Origin: an uncultured bacterium
Lineage (GTDB): Bacteria > Verrucomicrobiota > Verrucomicrobiia > Opitutales > Opitutaceae
Assembly (NCBI GenBank): GCA_967755055.1
Contig: CBRAFL010000001.1
Location: 1-44,016, forward strand
Length of the DNA stretch: 44,016 bases
Direction of reading: 5' to 3'
The translations under genes were made by a program, and so were the position numbers. Each line of letters opens with the position of its first letter. Position 1 is the first letter of the stretch. The notes beneath the pieces are model-generated. The model saw only the letters and a program-made list of their open reading frames with translations, did not search any database and was not told where the DNA came from. Below are positions 16,240-25,731 of this stretch, one piece after another.

Positions 16240-18792
16240 TCAGTCCGAGCGAAGAGCGGCCATCGGGCTGATTCTCGTCGCACGACCCGCTGGAAACCAA
16301 CATGCCGCCAGAGCTGCCGCAGCTAAAACGACGGGAGCGCCGACGAACGTATAAAGATCAAACGCGCTCACTTCGTACAGCATGCCAGCAACAGCCTGCC
16401 CGATCGCGAGCCCCAGTAGCAGTCCTATCACCACGCCTGTCGTTGTCATCGCGAGCCCTTCGCGCAAGATCATGCGTCGCACGTTGCCCGGCTCGGCACC
16501 GAGCGCCATCCGAATACCGATTTCGCGGGTGCGGCGTGTGACAGCATAGGCTTTGACGCCGTAAATTCCCACGACGGCAAGCGCCAGTGCGAGCGCGCCA
16601 AACAGGCCGAACATTGCTGCACCGGCCCGCACCATCCACAGCTGCGCGCTTCCGTCGAGGTGCTGCGAAAATGTTTTCACACTGAAGAGCGGCAGGGTGG
16701 GCGCGCCGGCCCGGATCTCGCGGCGGACTGACTCCAGAAATGCTTTCGGCGTTTTCAAATCACTCGATGCAGTCCGAACGTGGAAGAACGCGTTGCTCTG
16801 ATAACCTTGGGCAAAGGGAACATAAATGTTTCCACCCGCGTTTGCCCCGAAGAGATCCCAGCGAGTGGCCGGTACGATCCCGATGATCTCCATCGGCTTT
16901 GCTGGCCCGCCTTGGTTCGTATCCCGATCAGACCACTGAATCCGCTGACCGAGCGCATCACCTCCAGGGAAAAGTTTCCGCGCCAGCGCTTCGTCAATGA
17001 TCGCAACGAGCGGTGCGCCAGTCTGGTCCGCTTCGTCAGGTGTAAACGAGCGTCCGCGCAAAACCGAAAGACCCATCGCCTGGAAATAATTGGCGCCCGT
17101 GCTGGTCCAGCGCGCCGAAAACGCGAGTCCGTCGGCCGCCGTCGCGGGGTGAGCGTTGGGTGCGAGTGCGGCGCCGGCTCGCCGGACCTTGTGCTCAATC
17201 GTAATCATGCCGAAAGGAACAACGCTGCTGATGCTCGACGTCTCCACACCGGGAATGGAAGCGAGCCGGTCATTGATTAGGTGATACAGCTGCAATGCCC
17301 GTACTTCACTAAAGCCGGCGAGGCTCGCGTCGACTTCGGCCAGGATGGTTTGTCCGGCGCGAAAACCGGTGTCGATGCGCCCGGCTTTGAATGCTCCGCG
17401 GATGAAGAGTCCGGCCGTGCAAAGCAGTGCGAGAGATAACGCGATTTGGGCAACGACGAGAGGATGGCGGGGCAGCCAGTGCCAGCGACGGCTGCGTCCG
17501 GACGGATCTTCGCCGGCCTGTTCCTTGAGATCGACGATCACGTCGGAGCGCGAGAGTTTCAGCGCCGGTCCGAGTGCGAAGAAAAGAGTGGCGAAAGTGC
17601 AGAACGCGACGGTTGCGCCAAAGATTGCCGGATTGGCAGCACCCCGGAAAAAGATCGCGACTGGCATGAGCGATGAGAGCGAGTTGACCAGCAATCCGGC
17701 GGACCAGATTGCGAGCAGAAGTCCGGCGATGCCACCAGCGAGGGCGAGGACAAACCCTTCGGTGAGGAGTTGCGCGATGATCCGCATTCGTCCCGCACCG
17801 AGTGCGAGCCGGATTGCGATTTCTTTTCGACGCGCGATGCCACGCGCCAGAAGCATGTTTGCGAGATTCAGGCACGCGATCAACAGGACGATGCCCGCCA
17901 TGGTGAGCAGCAGCGTTCCCAAAATCGTGAGCTGATTTTCGCTGGCGGGGTTGGTGTTGGTGCTGAGGCGCGGTAGCCGCCCCACCAGCAACGTCTGATC
18001 TTTTTGCTCCACCGGAAACGTTTGCTCCAGACTGGTGGAAAGCGTGCGCAGCGCCGCGTCGGCCGTGGCCACCGTCACGCCGGGTTTGAGACGGCCGATG
18101 AGAAACAGATTATAATTATCGCGCTTTTCGAGTGAGCGTCTGGCGGATCCGTCGAAGTCGTTGGAGAGAAGATCGAAGACGCCCAGCGGAAAATATAACT
18201 CAGGGCCGAACAGCATCATCGTGCCGGTAAAATTTTCGGGCGTGATACCGACGACAGTGAAGAGGCGTTCGTTCACACGAATTGTTTTGCCGACGAGCGC
18301 TGGATCAAAGCCGGTCTTTTTCCAATACAGGTGGCTGGCAATGACGACCGGAGTATTGGTGCCGGGCTTTTCTTCCTCGGGCAGAAAGGCGCGGCCCTGC
18401 GCGAGTGGAACGCCAAGCACCGAAAAATAATTTGAACTGATGATGGCCGAAAACGTGCGACGCGACGTTTCGCCCTCGCCCAAGCCGACCATCGAAAGAT
18501 TGTGCGCGAGGACGTCGGAAAAGACGCTGTTCTGCGCCTTGAGATCGCGATAGGTGAGGTACGAGAAGATGCGAAACGCGGAGGGATTCTTTTTGTCCTG
18601 CGAGTAGAGCTGGACGATTTCGCTGGGCTGCGCGTACGGCCTCGGACTCCAGATCAGCTCGTGAACCACGCTGAAAATCGCGGTGTTCACGCCGATGCCG
18701 AGGGCGAGCACAACGGTGGCGGCGACGGTGAATCCGGGAGAGCGGCGGAGAAGTCGAAGGGAGAAGCGAAGATCTTGAAGCAACGTTTTCAT
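16240..18792 (-). CDS. ADOP-type duplicated MacB/FtsX ABC permease
   Basis: LQDLRFSLRLLRRSPGFT..LALGIGVNTAIFS; LLIACLNLANMLLAR..RRKEIAIRLALGA; RTREIGIRMALGA; ISPMAALRSD. Confidence 0.93.
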   Translation of the reverse strand: MKTLLQDLRFSLRLLRRSPGFTVAATVVLALGIGVNTAIFSVVHELIWSPRPYAQPSEIVQLYSQDKKNPSAFRIFSYLTYRDLKAQNSVFSDVLAHNLSMVGLGEGETSRRTFSAIISSNYFSVLGVPLAQGRAFLPEEEKPGTNTPVVIASHLYWKKTGFDPALVGKTIRVNERLFTVVGITPENFTGTMMLFGPELYFPLGVFDLLSNDFDGSARRSLEKRDNYNLFLIGRLKPGVTVATADAALRTLSTSLEQTFPVEQKDQTLLVGRLPRLSTNTNPASENQLTILGTLLLTMAGIVLLIACLNLANMLLARGIARRKEIAIRLALGAGRMRIIAQLLTEGFVLALAGGIAGLLLAIWSAGLLVNSLSSLMPVAIFFRGAANPAIFGATVAFCTFATLFFALGPALKLSRSDVIVDLKEQAGEDPSGRSRRWHWLPRHPLVVAQIALSLALLCTAGLFIRGAFKAGRIDTGFRAGQTILAEVDASLAGFSEVRALQLYHLINDRLASIPGVETSSISSVVPFGMITIEHKVRRAGAALAPNAHPATAADGLAFSARWTSTGANYFQAMGLSVLRGRSFTPDEADQTGAPLVAIIDEALARKLFPGGDALGQRIQWSDRDTNQGGPAKPMEIIGIVPATRWDLFGANAGGNIYVPFAQGYQSNAFFHVRTASSDLKTPKAFLESVRREIRAGAPTLPLFSVKTFSQHLDGSAQLWMVRAGAAMFGLFGALALALAVVGIYGVKAYAVTRRTREIGIRMALGAEPGNVRRMILREGLAMTTTGVVIGLLLGLAIGQAVAGMLYEVSAFDLYTFVGAPVVLAAAALAACWFPAGRATRISPMAALRSD

Positions 18793-19011
18793 GAGTGAGG
18801 GGCGCGCGCGCAAGCAACGCGTGCCTCACTACACCGCGGGAAAAAGAAAAGTTGCGGGGAAAATTATTTTTCCCGACGCCGAATCGCGGCATGAGCAGAA
18901 CGGAGCGGGCCGTTCCGCCGAGTGCAGCGTGCTTCTATCACCTCGACACGGATAGAGACCCTGATCCTCTTGGTCTTTGGCGCGTCATGGCAAGGGCAGT
19001 GCATAGCAAAA

Positions 19012-19509
19012 ATGAGCGGAATTTTATCCAAACTATTTCAAAGAGCCGGACGGAAGATTCCGTCGGGGACGTGGATCGAGACGAATATTCTGGCGTGTGC
19101 TTATCCGCGGTCAGAGTTGGCGCTCGCTGAATTGTCGGCTGAAGGAATTTCAGTTCTCATCAATCTCGAGCTGCACGCTCACGAGCCGGAAGTACTGAGC
19201 AGAATCGGTCTATCCCAGATTCATTTACCGACACCTGATTTTGCGCCGCCCTCGATCGCGGACTTGGAGCGCGGCGTCGCGGCGATCGAGCAGTCAGTCG
19301 GTGCGGGCAAGCGTGTGGCGATTCATTGCCGGGCGGGATTGGGCCGCACGGGTACTTTGCTCGCGTGTTATCTGGTGCACCGCAACTTCAGTCCTGAGGC
19401 CGCGATCGGTCGAATCCGAAAGCTGCGGCCCGGATCGGTGGAAACCGCGGAACAAGAAAACGCAGTTCGCGAGTTCGCATTCCATTCCGGTCGTGGAAAG
19501 TCGGCGTAG
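19012..19509 (+). CDS. Dual-specificity/Cdc14-like protein phosphatase
   Basis: HCRAGLGRTG (CX5R) loop, PDFAPP acid loop, RPGSVET..Q motif. Confidence 0.9.
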   Translation: MSGILSKLFQRAGRKIPSGTWIETNILACAYPRSELALAELSAEGISVLINLELHAHEPEVLSRIGLSQIHLPTPDFAPPSIADLERGVAAIEQSVGAGKRVAIHCRAGLGRTGTLLACYLVHRNFSPEAAIGRIRKLRPGSVETAEQENAVREFAFHSGRGKSA

Positions 19510-19683
19510 CGGTGGAAGTTTGTTTCTCCAGCTTGGACGCTTAGGTGGCAGCCGTCGCAGGTGGAACCGTACCAGTACCAAGGTTACAATGCTGCTACCG
19601 CAGTTTGTTCGCGGAGTCAGGCCCCCAGGCGCGACTCGGTCGTCGAGTTCTGACTTCAAGCGCACGGCTTGCGGGCTGCCGCC

Positions 19684-21357
19684 ATGTCGCTTACGGAGTA
19701 CATTAGAAAACGAAACTTCAGGAAAACCGCCGAGCCGAAAATCGGCAAACCGCGTGGCGTGGCGGGTCATCGCTTCGTGATTCAGAAACACGCGGCCTCC
19801 CGGTTGCATTACGATTTCCGGCTGGAGGTCGGTGGCACTTTGAAATCGTGGGCTGTCCCCAAAGGCGTGCCTTTTAAAAAAGGTGAACGCCGTCTCGCCG
19901 TGCACGTGGAGGATCATCCGGTGTCGTATATCGACTTTGAGGGTACGATTCCGAAAGGCCAATATGGTGGCGGCACGGTGATGGTGTGGGATACCGGCAC
20001 CTTCGAACCATTGAGCAAAACCCCCGCGAAAGATCTGGAGGGCGGGAAACTTCATTTCGTGCTCAGCGGAAAAAAACTGAAAGGCGAGTGGTATCTCGTG
20101 CGTTTGCGTGACGGCGATGAGTGGCTGCTGATCAAAGGCGGCGAGGACATGAAACCGGTCAGTGCGAAAGCGGACGACACGTCAGCGCTGTCGGGAAAAT
20201 CCATGACCGCACTCTCGAAAGGAGTCGGACGGGTGTGGAAATCGAAGCCACGGGAGGCGAGTCGCAGTGTGGTTCGAGGTAGGGCGGGCCCGCCGGGCTC
20301 GCCGAAAACGACGAGAGCTAAAACGCGATCCGGCGGGCCCAGCGGTCCCGCCCTACCTGCTGGCACCGCGAAATCGTCTTCGAAGCTCACACCAAAATTC
20401 ATCGAGCCGATGAAGGCGCAGCTGGTGGACACAGCGCCAGCCGGAGAATGGGTCTACGAAATAAAATTCGACGGCTTTCGCGCAATGGCGTTTCGCGATC
20501 GCAAGGGCACGCGGCTGCTCTCGCGCAACAACAAGGATTTCGCGAAGAAATTTCCAGCGGTCGTCGATGCCGTCGCGGCGCTCGACGTGAACGACGCGGT
20601 GATCGACGGCGAGGTTGTTGCGCTCGACGACAAAGGCCGGTCGTCATTTCAGCTCCTGCAAGCGCACGATCTCGGACAGGAGCGACCGCCGATTTTATTT
20701 TATGCGTTCGATCTCCTGCGGCTGAATGGAAAAAACCTGCAACACCTGGCGCTCACCGAGCGCAAAGCGGAACTCGAGCGAGTATTAAACGGCGCTCCCG
20801 ACGTGATTCGCTATTCGGTTTCACTCGGCAACGAACCCGACGCGCTGCTTAAGCAGGCGCGTAATCTCGGATTGGAAGGATTGATCGGCAAGCGGCCCGA
20901 CTCTGTTTACGAGCCGGGCAAGCGCAGCGGAAACTGGATCAAGCTGAAGCTCCATCACGAGCAGGAATTTGTGATCGGTGGCTATACGCCGCCGGGTGGA
21001 TCACGCACCCATTTCGGCGCGTTACTCGTCGGCGTTTACGAGGGAGACCATCTGAAATTCGCGGGAAAAGTGGGCACGGGTTTCAACACAAAGCTGCTAC
21101 GTAGTCTGCACGCCGAGTTTAAAAAAATTGAAACCGAGACATGTCCGTTTGTGAACCTGCCGGAAAAACGGAGCGGGCGTTATGGCCAGGGTGTGACCGC
21201 AGCGGAAATGAAACGCTGCCATTGGATGAAGCCGGTGCTGGTGTGCCAGCTCAAGTTTACCGAATGGACGCGTGATGGCAGCCTGCGCCACCCGGTGTTT
21301 CTTGGACGGCGCGACGACAAATCCGCAAAAGAAGTGGTTCGTGAAAGCAACGGTTGA
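19684..21357 (+). CDS. ligD: LigD phosphoesterase + ATP-dependent ligase (no polymerase domain)
   Basis: FVIQKHAASRLHYDFRLE..SWAVPKG (PE domain); EIKFDGFR, GLEGLIGKR, GKVGTGF, LRHPVF (ligase/OB). Confidence 0.93.
   Translation: MSLTEYIRKRNFRKTAEPKIGKPRGVAGHRFVIQKHAASRLHYDFRLEVGGTLKSWAVPKGVPFKKGERRLAVHVEDHPVSYIDFEGTIPKGQYGGGTVMVWDTGTFEPLSKTPAKDLEGGKLHFVLSGKKLKGEWYLVRLRDGDEWLLIKGGEDMKPVSAKADDTSALSGKSMTALSKGVGRVWKSKPREASRSVVRGRAGPPGSPKTTRAKTRSGGPSGPALPAGTAKSSSKLTPKFIEPMKAQLVDTAPAGEWVYEIKFDGFRAMAFRDRKGTRLLSRNNKDFAKKFPAVVDAVAALDVNDAVIDGEVVALDDKGRSSFQLLQAHDLGQERPPILFYAFDLLRLNGKNLQHLALTERKAELERVLNGAPDVIRYSVSLGNEPDALLKQARNLGLEGLIGKRPDSVYEPGKRSGNWIKLKLHHEQEFVIGGYTPPGGSRTHFGALLVGVYEGDHLKFAGKVGTGFNTKLLRSLHAEFKKIETETCPFVNLPEKRSGRYGQGVTAAEMKRCHWMKPVLVCQLKFTEWTRDGSLRHPVFLGRRDDKSAKEVVRESNG
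20277..20358. repeat. REPIN-like inverted repeat inside the ligD coding sequence
   Basis: 28-bp arms AGGTAGGGCGGGCCCGCCGGGCTCGCCG / CGGCGGGCCCAGCGGTCCCGCCCTACCT, 25/28 complementary. Confidence 0.8.
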
Positions 21358-21359
21358 TC

Positions 21360-22277
21360 ATGGCGACGAAGACTGAGATTGATGTCGCCGGGACTCGAGT
21401 GACTGTGAGCAACCTCGACAAGGTGCTTTATCCAAAAACTGGATTCACCAAAGGACAGGTGATCGACTACTACATTCGGATCTCGCGCGACCTGTTGCCA
21501 CATCTGAAAAACCGGCCGATCACGCTCAAGCGTTATCCTGACGGCGTGGAAGGATTTTTTTTCTACGAAAAACAATGTCCGCCTCACCGGCCGAGCTGGG
21601 TTAAGACAACCACCGTTCCGCGGGACCGCGGTGGCGAGATTGACTATTGCATGATGAATGATCTGCCGGCGCTCGTGTGGGCGGCGAATTTGGCGGACTT
21701 GGAGCTACATACATTTCTGCACAAAGCGCCGGCGATCACGCGGCCGACGGCGATCGCGTTCGATCTAGATCCCGGTCCGCCCGCCGACATCGTGCTGTGT
21801 TGCCAGGTGGGATTGTGGGTGAAGGCGCTGTTCGACGGACTCGGACTGAAGAGCTTTCCGAAAACTTCGGGCTCAAAAGGACTGCAAGTTTACGTGCCGT
21901 TGAACACACCCGTGACCTACGATAAAACGAAACTCTTTGCGCAGACCGTCGCGCAAGTTTTGGAAAAGCAGTTTCCAAAAGTGGTCGTTTCGAAAATGCA
22001 AAAATCGCTGCGAGGCGGAAAAGTGCTGGTGGACTGGAGCCAAAACGATGACCACAAGACGACGGTAAACGTCTATTCGTTGCGTGCGAAAGAGAGCCCG
22101 ACGGTGTCGACACCGGTCACGTGGGCAGAAGTGGAGACGGCGTTGAAAAAGAAAAAACCCGGGCTGTTGACGTTCGATTCCGAAGCGGTGCTCAAGCGCG
22201 TTGGGCAACTCGGCGATCTGTTCGCGCCGGTGCTGCAGCTAAAGCAAAAACTGCCGTCGATTAAAGCGCTGCAGTAA
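21360..22277 (+). CDS. ligD: Stand-alone LigD polymerase (primase-polymerase) domain protein
   Basis: SNLDKVLYP..TKGQVIDYY, KRYPDG, FDLDPGP, KTSGSKGLQV, VDWSQN, YSLRA..VSTPVTW. Confidence 0.92.
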   Translation: MATKTEIDVAGTRVTVSNLDKVLYPKTGFTKGQVIDYYIRISRDLLPHLKNRPITLKRYPDGVEGFFFYEKQCPPHRPSWVKTTTVPRDRGGEIDYCMMNDLPALVWAANLADLELHTFLHKAPAITRPTAIAFDLDPGPPADIVLCCQVGLWVKALFDGLGLKSFPKTSGSKGLQVYVPLNTPVTYDKTKLFAQTVAQVLEKQFPKVVVSKMQKSLRGGKVLVDWSQNDDHKTTVNVYSLRAKESPTVSTPVTWAEVETALKKKKPGLLTFDSEAVLKRVGQLGDLFAPVLQLKQKLPSIKALQ

Positions 22278-22470
22278 GCGAGGGCGGAGGCGTCAGGTTG
22301 TCCAGGCCAACTGAGATAGCCTCCACGGCGTCATATCCGGTAACTGTTACGCTCTGCGATACTCTCCCGTCATCTGTGGTGAACCGCAGATTTCGCAAAT
22401 AACGCAGGCAGGAGAAACATGACCGATTTCTGCTTTGCGCACGGGCGGGCTTTGCCTGACGTTTCGGCAA

Positions 22471-23391
22471 ATGCCCGTTCAGCCGATCCATTTTTATGAC
22501 CGCTACACCAAGACGATCGAAACCGAGAAAGTTTTCGGCGAACGATGGCTGCGGCTGGGTTACGAGAATCCCATCGGCCGGCTGTTCGTGTGGGCAGTGG
22601 CACGGCGGAAATTTTTTTCCTGGTGGTACGGGCGCAAGATGAACAAGCGCGTCAGCGCGCTACAGATTTTGCCGTTCATCACGACGTACAATATCAACGT
22701 CGATGAGTTCGCGAAATCGCCTTTCGATTACAAGACGTTCAATGAATTTTTCTATCGCGCGCTGAAACCGGCAACGCGCCCGATCGCGGAGGGCGAACGT
22801 GTGGCGGTGTTTCCTGCGGATGGCCGGCATCTGGTGTTTCCCAATGTTGAAACGGTGCCGGGATTTTATGTTAAGGGCGCGTCATTCACGCTCGCGGAAT
22901 TATTTGGCGAGACGGCTTCAGGTGAGAAAGAACGGCTGCTGTCCGCGAAATTCTCTGGTGGCGCGATGCTCATTTCACGGCTTTGTCCGGTCGATTATCA
23001 TCGGTTTCATTTTCCCATCTCGGGGCAGCCGAGCGAGCCGCGGTTGATCAATGGTTGGCTGTATTCAGTAAGTCCCGTCGCTCTCCGCCGCAGCCTGCAC
23101 TATCTCGTGCAGAATAAGCGCATGCTCACGCTGATCGAGTCGCCAGAGTTCGGTACGGTCGCGATGTTCGAGGTCGGCGCGACCAATGTGGGGAGCATTC
23201 AACAAACGCACATTCCGGGACGCGCCGCCGTAAAGGGGGATCAGAAAGGGATGTTTGCTTTTGGTGGCTCATGCGTGATCACGGTTTTTCAGCGTGGTCG
23301 GATTAAGTTCGATGAAGATCTGCTCGGGCCGAGTTTGGAGCACATCGAAATTTACGCGCGGATGGGCGATCGTCTGGGCGTGGCGCCGTGA
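22471..23391 (+). CDS. psd: Phosphatidylserine decarboxylase proenzyme
   Basis: FNEFFYRALKP..RPI, PADGR, RLCPVDYHRFHFP, VGATNVGSI, FGGS cleavage site. Confidence 0.93.
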   Translation: MPVQPIHFYDRYTKTIETEKVFGERWLRLGYENPIGRLFVWAVARRKFFSWWYGRKMNKRVSALQILPFITTYNINVDEFAKSPFDYKTFNEFFYRALKPATRPIAEGERVAVFPADGRHLVFPNVETVPGFYVKGASFTLAELFGETASGEKERLLSAKFSGGAMLISRLCPVDYHRFHFPISGQPSEPRLINGWLYSVSPVALRRSLHYLVQNKRMLTLIESPEFGTVAMFEVGATNVGSIQQTHIPGRAAVKGDQKGMFAFGGSCVITVFQRGRIKFDEDLLGPSLEHIEIYARMGDRLGVAP

Positions 23392-23415
23392 ATTGCGAGG
23401 GATAGCTGGGTCCGG

Positions 23416-23492
23416 CCCTTCGTTTTCCTCGAAGACTTCGCGAGAAAAATCGGAAGAGAGTGTCTCGCGAAGGCAACGAAGGTGGCGAAGGG
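23416..23492. repeat. Inverted repeat built of 9-nt periodic CGAAG units
   Basis: CTTCGCGAGA/TCTCGCGAAG and CCCTTCG/CGAAGGG arms. Confidence 0.55.
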
Positions 23493-23611
23493 AAGCGGTT
23501 GACGGCGTCGGACGCGCGCGGACGATCACGGATGTTTATGACAATCTGCGGGCTGCGAAATCACGCTGGCTTGGTTGCGAGCGCACCAGGTAAACGGCAC
23601 TTTACCACGTG

Positions 23612-24487
23612 ATGAACTCCAAATTCGCTTCGTACGCGCATCCCGACGTACTCGTTGACGGTGCGTGGTTGCAGGACCACTTAAATGACCCCTCGATCCG
23701 CGTCGTTGAGAGCAACGAGGATGTGCTGCTCTATGATACGGGTCATATTCCTGGCGCGGTTCACATCGATTGGAGGGGCGATCTCCAGGACAACACTCAA
23801 CGCGACTACGTCTCGGTGGAGCGCTTCGCGGAAGTCGCGGCAAAAAACGGAATCACCCTGGACACGACCGTCGTGTTTTACGGGGATAAGGCGAATTGGT
23901 GGGCGGCCTACGCACTGTGGGCGTTTCGTTTGTTTGGTCATACGAAAGTGAGACTGCTCGATGGTGGCAGCGCGAAGTGGAAGGCCGACGGACGCCCGAT
24001 CACGCGCGAGAAGCCGAGCTATCCGCGCACGACCTATCCGGTACCGCCGCAGCGGCTCGACACGGTGATTCGCGCCTTCTTTGTCGACGCGCTGGCGCAC
24101 TCGAAGGCGCGGAAGCCGCTCATCGATGTGCGTTCACCCGGAGAGTACCGAGGCGAGATCACGCACATGCCGGAGTATCCGCAGGAAGGCGTGCTCCGCG
24201 GTGGCCACGTTCCCGGTGCGCGAAGCGTGCCGTGGAAAATGGCGGCGAATGACGACGGCACATTCAAGAGCTTCGATGAATTGAGGCAGATCTATTCGCA
24301 GAACCTCGGGCTGAAGAAGGACGACGACATCATCGCGTACTGCCGGATTGGTGAGCGCTCCAGTCACACGTGGTTCGTGCTGACGTACCTTCTTGGATAC
24401 GAGAAAGTCCGTAACTATGATGGATCGTGGACCGAGTGGGGTAACATGGTGCGTTCGCCAATTGCCAAAGGGGAACAGCCGGGGTGA
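23612..24487 (+). CDS. Tandem-domain rhodanese/sulfurtransferase (SseA/CysA type)
   Basis: [16 protein letters not shown] active loop, [10 protein letters not shown] signature. Confidence 0.93.
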   Translation: MNSKFASYAHPDVLVDGAWLQDHLNDPSIRVVESNEDVLLYDTGHIPGAVHIDWRGDLQDNTQRDYVSVERFAEVAAKNGITLDTTVVFYGDKANWWAAYALWAFRLFGHTKVRLLDGGSAKWKADGRPITREKPSYPRTTYPVPPQRLDTVIRAFFVDALAHSKARKPLIDVRSPGEYRGEITHMPEYPQEGVLRGGHVPGARSVPWKMAANDDGTFKSFDELRQIYSQNLGLKKDDDIIAYCRIGERSSHTWFVLTYLLGYEKVRNYDGSWTEWGNMVRSPIAKGEQPG

Positions 24488-24540
24488 GGGGGCGGGACCT
24501 CTCGTTCGACCGCCGTTTTGTCTGTGACCGTGCCGCGAAT

Positions 24541-24591
24541 TGTAGCCGTATGCGTTAGCATACGGACCGCACCGTAACCGGTGCGGCTACA
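24541..24591. repeat. GTAG-type double-hairpin REP element
   Basis: TGTAGCCGTATGC-GTTA-GCATACGG-ACCGCACCG-TAAC-CGGTGCGGCTACA; homolog at 42656-42705. Confidence 0.8.
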
Positions 24592-24636
24592 TCTGTCGCA
24601 CGGCTTCGCTTCTTCTTCACACCTCCGACCTTCGTC

Positions 24637-25098
24637 ATGAACTACCCGCCGAACCTTGCCGAAATTGTTGATCTCTTCGAGCATCTGCCCGAGGAAGAAA
24701 AGCGGGAGAACCTCGTCGCGTTTGCGGATGGTGCAGCGAACTGTGCGCTGAAAAGCGGAGAGCCGTTCGATCTCGAAGACACGCGCAAAGACGAGGAATG
24801 CACCGATACGGTGGGCGTATTTTTGCGGGTGGATCCGGCCACGCGGGCGGCGCATTTTCGCATCAACCTCGGCCCGCACGTGCAGACACTGACGCGTGCG
24901 ATGACGGCGATTTTGTGCAAAGGGCTCGATGGCGCGACGCCTGAGGCGGTGCTCGACGTCCCGCAGGATTTTGTGCCGAAGATTGTGGGCGGCCAGTTGG
25001 TACGACTGCGGAGCCAGACGGTGTATTACATTCTCACGCGTATGAAGAGCGCGGCGAAAGTGTGGCTGAATCGCGAACGCGCGGCAGTGGCAGGGTAG
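24637..25098 (+). CDS. sufE: SufE-family sulfur acceptor protein
   Basis: Conserved Cys in DEECTDTVGV, ILCKGLDGATPEAVL, LR..VYYIL.RMK; follows a sulfurtransferase. Confidence 0.8.
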   Translation: MNYPPNLAEIVDLFEHLPEEEKRENLVAFADGAANCALKSGEPFDLEDTRKDEECTDTVGVFLRVDPATRAAHFRINLGPHVQTLTRAMTAILCKGLDGATPEAVLDVPQDFVPKIVGGQLVRLRSQTVYYILTRMKSAAKVWLNRERAAVAG

Positions 25099-25484
25099 AG
25101 CGTGTCTTCAAACACCGATTGAGAAACCGCTCATCTGATCTGAAGAACGGCAGTTGAAACCACTGATTGTCTGATGAGCACTGATTGAATCCGGCTGGGG
25201 ATGTCTTCGAATTTTCGGAGAGAAGAAACCGCTAATGAGATCAGCCAATGGGCAGATCCTGATAAGACCCTTCCGCCTGATCGGCTCCAGAATATGTAGT
25301 GGGGTCTGCTGATCGCAGACCGTGATCAGCGGGCTCCAATCACTTCAAGGTGCAGGCGATTAGCCGTAGCCATGGGAGAAAGATTTCCCCATTGGGAAAA
25401 TTCAATTAGCAGTTCCGTTCCGGGTTCCGGATTACCGCTTGCCTCCGCGGAGTTGAAATCGGCAAGCTGGAATCGGAATCACTC

Positions 25485-25568
25485 GCCCGGGTGGTGGAAT
25501 GGCAGACACGACGGTCTTAGAAGCCGTTGCCGTAAGGTGTGCAGGTTCGAGTCCTGTCCCGGGCACCA
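25485..25568 (+). tRNA. tRNA-Leu (anticodon TAG)
   Basis: GCCCGGGTGGTGGAATGGCAGACACG-ACGGT CTTAGAA GCCGT-variable arm-GGTTCGAGTCC..CCGGGCACCA. Confidence 0.97.
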
Positions 25569-25607
25569 GCAAAATAGCGGGCTGGAGCCGATAGCGTGAC
25601 GGTGTTC

Positions 25608-25731
25608 TCCATGTAGCGGCAGGCCTCCGTGCCTGCCGTCCGCAGCGGAGGGACGGATTCTGTGTCGTCCGGATTCATTCAAATCCTGATCACCGAACAA
25701 CAGTAGGCACGGAGGCCTGCCGCTACATGGA
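25608..25731. repeat. REPIN-like element (same family as 4561 and 13300)
   Basis: TCCATGTAGCGGCAGGCCTCCGTGCCT ... AGGCACGGAGGCCTGCCGCTACATGGA. Confidence 0.9.

Noticed and set aside
18809-18826. sigma54 box upstream of the ADOP permease
   Set aside because: GG to GC spacing is 8 or 12 rather than 10, and the shared enhancer block is absent
18988-19003. sigma54-like TGGCAAG-GGCA-GTGCA before the phosphatase
   Set aside because: Predicted start site would fall at or after the ATG at 19012
23257-23275. psd cleavage motif GGSC instead of GGST as a sign of inactivation
   Set aside because: The pyruvoyl-forming Ser and the other motifs are intact
4355-25568. Two tRNA-Leu genes as attL/attR of one island
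   Set aside because: Both are complete, have different anticodons and opposite orientation, and enclose housekeeping genes
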